Part shown: in pieces, positions 61,648 through 64,000 of the stretch
Layout: the number at the start of each line of letters is the position of its first letter
Numbering within the stretch: position 1 is the stretch's first letter
DNA from: a bacterium
GTDB lineage: Bacteria > Electryoneota > JAOADG01
DNA length: 64,000 bases
Assembly: GCA_963681965.1 (NCBI GenBank)
Contig: OY820579.1
Coordinates: 3,872,001 to 3,936,000 of the forward strand
Reading direction: 5' to 3'
The notes under the pieces: generated by a model
What the model was told of the DNA's origin: nothing
The model's input: only the letters and a program-made list of their open reading frames with translations
Databases searched by the model: none
Program-made: the position numbers and the translations under genes

Positions 61648-62831
61648 CACGCCACTACTCCCTTCCGCCACCGCGCGACACCCCACCCGAGTAAGAGCAG
61701 ACAGATAGCGTTGGCAATCGTCAACATCAACAATTCAGGAGTAGCAGCAGACCACGGGATTTGCATCACGCAGAGTTTGAAGTATCCGAAGGTAAAATGG
61801 GTGTGCGGTAAAATCTTGGCGTACCAGAAGTGCGGTGCGAGCATTGCATCGAGCGGGAAGGTGTAACCACTAAACAGAAACGCCGGAGTATTGATAATGA
61901 TCGATACTTCGGCAGCAAATTGACAGTCTTTGATCCATGTCGATAAGACAAATCCCATCAGAATCGATGCTGCCGAAAACATCAGGTAGAGAACAAAGAA
62001 GCGGAAGTAATTACCGGTTAATGTGACATTGAATAGCGGCATAACAATAAACAGAGTGATCGAAATGATCATTGAATGCACCAATATGATCGGCAACGCT
62101 TTTCCCAGATAGAGCCGCGACCACGAATTCCGTGCCAGCGCGAGTGCGTCCTTCAGCGTGTCGGAAGCTATTTCGCGATTGATCCGTTGCGCCGCGATCA
62201 TCATCAATCCCATCTGAAATGTGAAGATGAGCATCAGCAGTACTAGATATTGCTCGTAGTTGTAGTTGGGATTGAACAACGAATGATCGACGACGCGAAT
62301 CGGCGCTGCCGCTGCCATCGCCTGTTGCGGCATCATCCCTTTCGCTTGGAACGATTTCAAATTCTTTCCGGTGGAAAAGGTGCGGATGATGGTTGACGCA
62401 TCCTTCAGTACCGTGTTGCCGACAATCAGATTGGCATTGTTCTTGTAAACCGTCACGGTTGCAGTCTGATTGGTTTTCAGTTTACGGGATAGATCGGCGG
62501 GAAAATGGAATGCTGCCTGTATTTTTCCGGACTGAAATAAATTCTCGATCTCGTCAACCGAAGTCACGGTCTCAGTCACTTGGAACGAGCGGTTGGCATC
62601 GACGGCACGGATCATCTGTCGCGACACTTCGCTGCGATCCTCATCCCAAACGGCAACCGGCATATCCAGCAAAACACCACGCGCATAGATTCCGGTTAAA
62701 ATCAGGATTAAGGCAATCGGGATTACGACAAGAATCAGGAATGTCGTGCGATCGGCACGAATCCTCCGCCATTCCCGCCAGGCAATTGCGGAAATCGATT
62801 GACCGAAAGAATTTGCCGGTTGCTTCGACAT
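61647..62831 (-). CDS. ABC-2 type permease
   Basis: PVAVWDEDRSEVSR, FNPNYNY, FSGYTFPLDAM. Confidence 0.9.
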   Translation of the reverse strand: MSKQPANSFGQSISAIAWREWRRIRADRTTFLILVVIPIALILILTGIYARGVLLDMPVAVWDEDRSEVSRQMIRAVDANRSFQVTETVTSVDEIENLFQSGKIQAAFHFPADLSRKLKTNQTATVTVYKNNANLIVGNTVLKDASTIIRTFSTGKNLKSFQAKGMMPQQAMAAAAPIRVVDHSLFNPNYNYEQYLVLLMLIFTFQMGLMMIAAQRINREIASDTLKDALALARNSWSRLYLGKALPIILVHSMIISITLFIVMPLFNVTLTGNYFRFFVLYLMFSAASILMGFVLSTWIKDCQFAAEVSIIINTPAFLFSGYTFPLDAMLAPHFWYAKILPHTHFTFGYFKLCVMQIPWSAATPELLMLTIANAICLLLLGWGVARWRKGVVA

Positions 62832-62838
62832 TGCTGTG

Positions 62839-63819
62839 CTACAATTTCACTCGAGCCGTCATTCCCGCTCGCAGTCCGGCAATGGGCAACGCCGGTCGGA
62901 GCTGAATTTCGAATGTTTTGAGATCGAAATCGCCTTTCTGATTGGTCGCACGCCAGGTAGCGAAATCCGCCATCGGCGCGATATAAGCGACCTTCAACGG
63001 TACAGCGGACAGCGACAATGCCGGAATATCGGCGTCGATCGACGCACCCATCGAGAACTTCTTCATCAGATCTTCGCGAACTTGCAGTACGATCCACTGA
63101 TCGGGCGATTTCGTGACGGTAACGATTGGATAACCTGAAGCCACCATTTCACCGGGATCGACAATCAGTTTACTGATTTCGCCCTCGAGCGGGCTGTAGA
63201 TATGCGTCTCAGACTGATAGGAGAGTGCTTCAGCAAATCCGTTTTCAGCCTGGCGGAACAGCGCTTCGGCACCGCGAATTTCCTCGCTGCGAGCACCACT
63301 CTTTACCATTTCGTAACGGGCTTTAGCGGCATCGCGTTGCTCGCGGGCAGCTTTATATTGAAACTCGATTTGATCTTTTTCTTGCGTGGAAACGACGCTG
63401 TCGGTAAACAGTGCATGTACCCGATTCCATGTTTTCTCGGCTAAATCGAATTGCGCTTGCGCCTGATTAAACAGCTTTTCCGCCCCTTCACGCTCTTCGG
63501 GGCGAGCGCCGTTGCGTGCCATATCGTATTTCGCTTGAGCGGCATCCCGTAGCGCACGCGCTTGTTCGACTTTAGCATCGACTTCGCGACTCTGGATGGT
63601 GAATAGCAGTTGTCCTTTCACCACATGATCGCCGCGACTGACTACCACACTGTCGATGCGTCCCGGAATTTTCGATGAGACATCGATTTCAGTCGCTTCA
63701 ACCATGCCGGTCAGGATAGTCGGATTCGGAAGCAGTGCATTGACGATGATTATCACGATCACAATCACCAAAATCGACAACAGCAGCGTCAGTATTTTTC
63801 CCGAGTTTCCCGCTTTCAT
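62839..63819 (-). CDS. HlyD-family membrane fusion protein
   Basis: VSSKIPGRI, NGARPEE, SPLEGEI, ADFATWRAT...FDLKTFEI. Confidence 0.92.
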   Translation of the reverse strand: MKAGNSGKILTLLLSILVIVIVIIIVNALLPNPTILTGMVEATEIDVSSKIPGRIDSVVVSRGDHVVKGQLLFTIQSREVDAKVEQARALRDAAQAKYDMARNGARPEEREGAEKLFNQAQAQFDLAEKTWNRVHALFTDSVVSTQEKDQIEFQYKAAREQRDAAKARYEMVKSGARSEEIRGAEALFRQAENGFAEALSYQSETHIYSPLEGEISKLIVDPGEMVASGYPIVTVTKSPDQWIVLQVREDLMKKFSMGASIDADIPALSLSAVPLKVAYIAPMADFATWRATNQKGDFDLKTFEIQLRPALPIAGLRAGMTARVKL

Positions 63820-64000
63820 TTTCCTACCTCCCCGTTCTGCCAGACGGTAATCATTTCGGATGGTATCCCGGCAGCGACATACAGTTCTGTCATCGACACA
63901 TTCCAGTCGTACAGCGATTGCAAGCGTTCGAGCCGGTTCTTTTCGTAGCTCAATCGGGCATCGATCACTTCCAGCGACGGCACCATTCCACTTTGAAATC
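63816..64000 (-). CDS. TolC-family outer-membrane protein, C-terminal fragment
   Basis: My translation FQSGMVPSLEVIDARLSY...ELYVAAG...GK*, with an ATGA overlap to the HlyD gene; truncated by the window edge. Confidence 0.75.
   Translation of the reverse strand, partial: FQSGMVPSLEVIDARLSYEKNRLERLQSLYDWNVSMTELYVAAGIPSEMITVWQNGEVGK

Noticed and set aside
60466-64000. ABC-2 permeases with no ATPase gene in view
   Set aside because: TolC-HlyD-permease-permease operons are a common layout, and the operon is cut by the window edge.

Overview
64 kb of a roughly 50% GC bacterial chromosome. Five secreted proteins carry C-terminal (Y/F)PNP(F/T)N T9SS/FlgD-like sorting domains, which points to an FCB-associated lineage (inference). 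Two multiheme cytochrome c loci dominate, with 76 heme-attachment motifs by my count. Locus 1 (8.5-30.3 kb) holds two tandem OmcE-like tetraheme cytochromes of the nanowire-subunit type, a beta-barrel, three NHL beta-propellers, 8-, 10- and 12-heme cytochromes, an OmpA-domain protein and a ResB-like protein. It also encodes a CxxCH-bearing sensor kinase and a sigma54 activator, with two matching sigma54 promoters and paired enhancer sites. Locus 2 (37.7-45.2 kb) holds a 19-heme CbcL-like inner-membrane cytochrome, a porin/nonaheme/pentaheme-lipoprotein conduit, a tetraheme c554-type cytochrome and a second ResB. Intergenic DNA is crowded with palindromic repeats: a GATTGC...CGCAA(C/T)GAC family whose inverted copies flank a small GIY-YIG nuclease gene (a RAYT/REPIN-like layout with a different nuclease), several GTAG-type REP families in BIME-like arrays, and a 114-bp MITE with 27-bp TIRs. 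The right end has housekeeping genes (hisS, eno, rsmE), a Fur-family/RcnA-like pair and a TolC-HlyD-ABC2 operon. I saw no rRNA, tRNA or CRISPR array. All family assignments are by eye; no database search was run.
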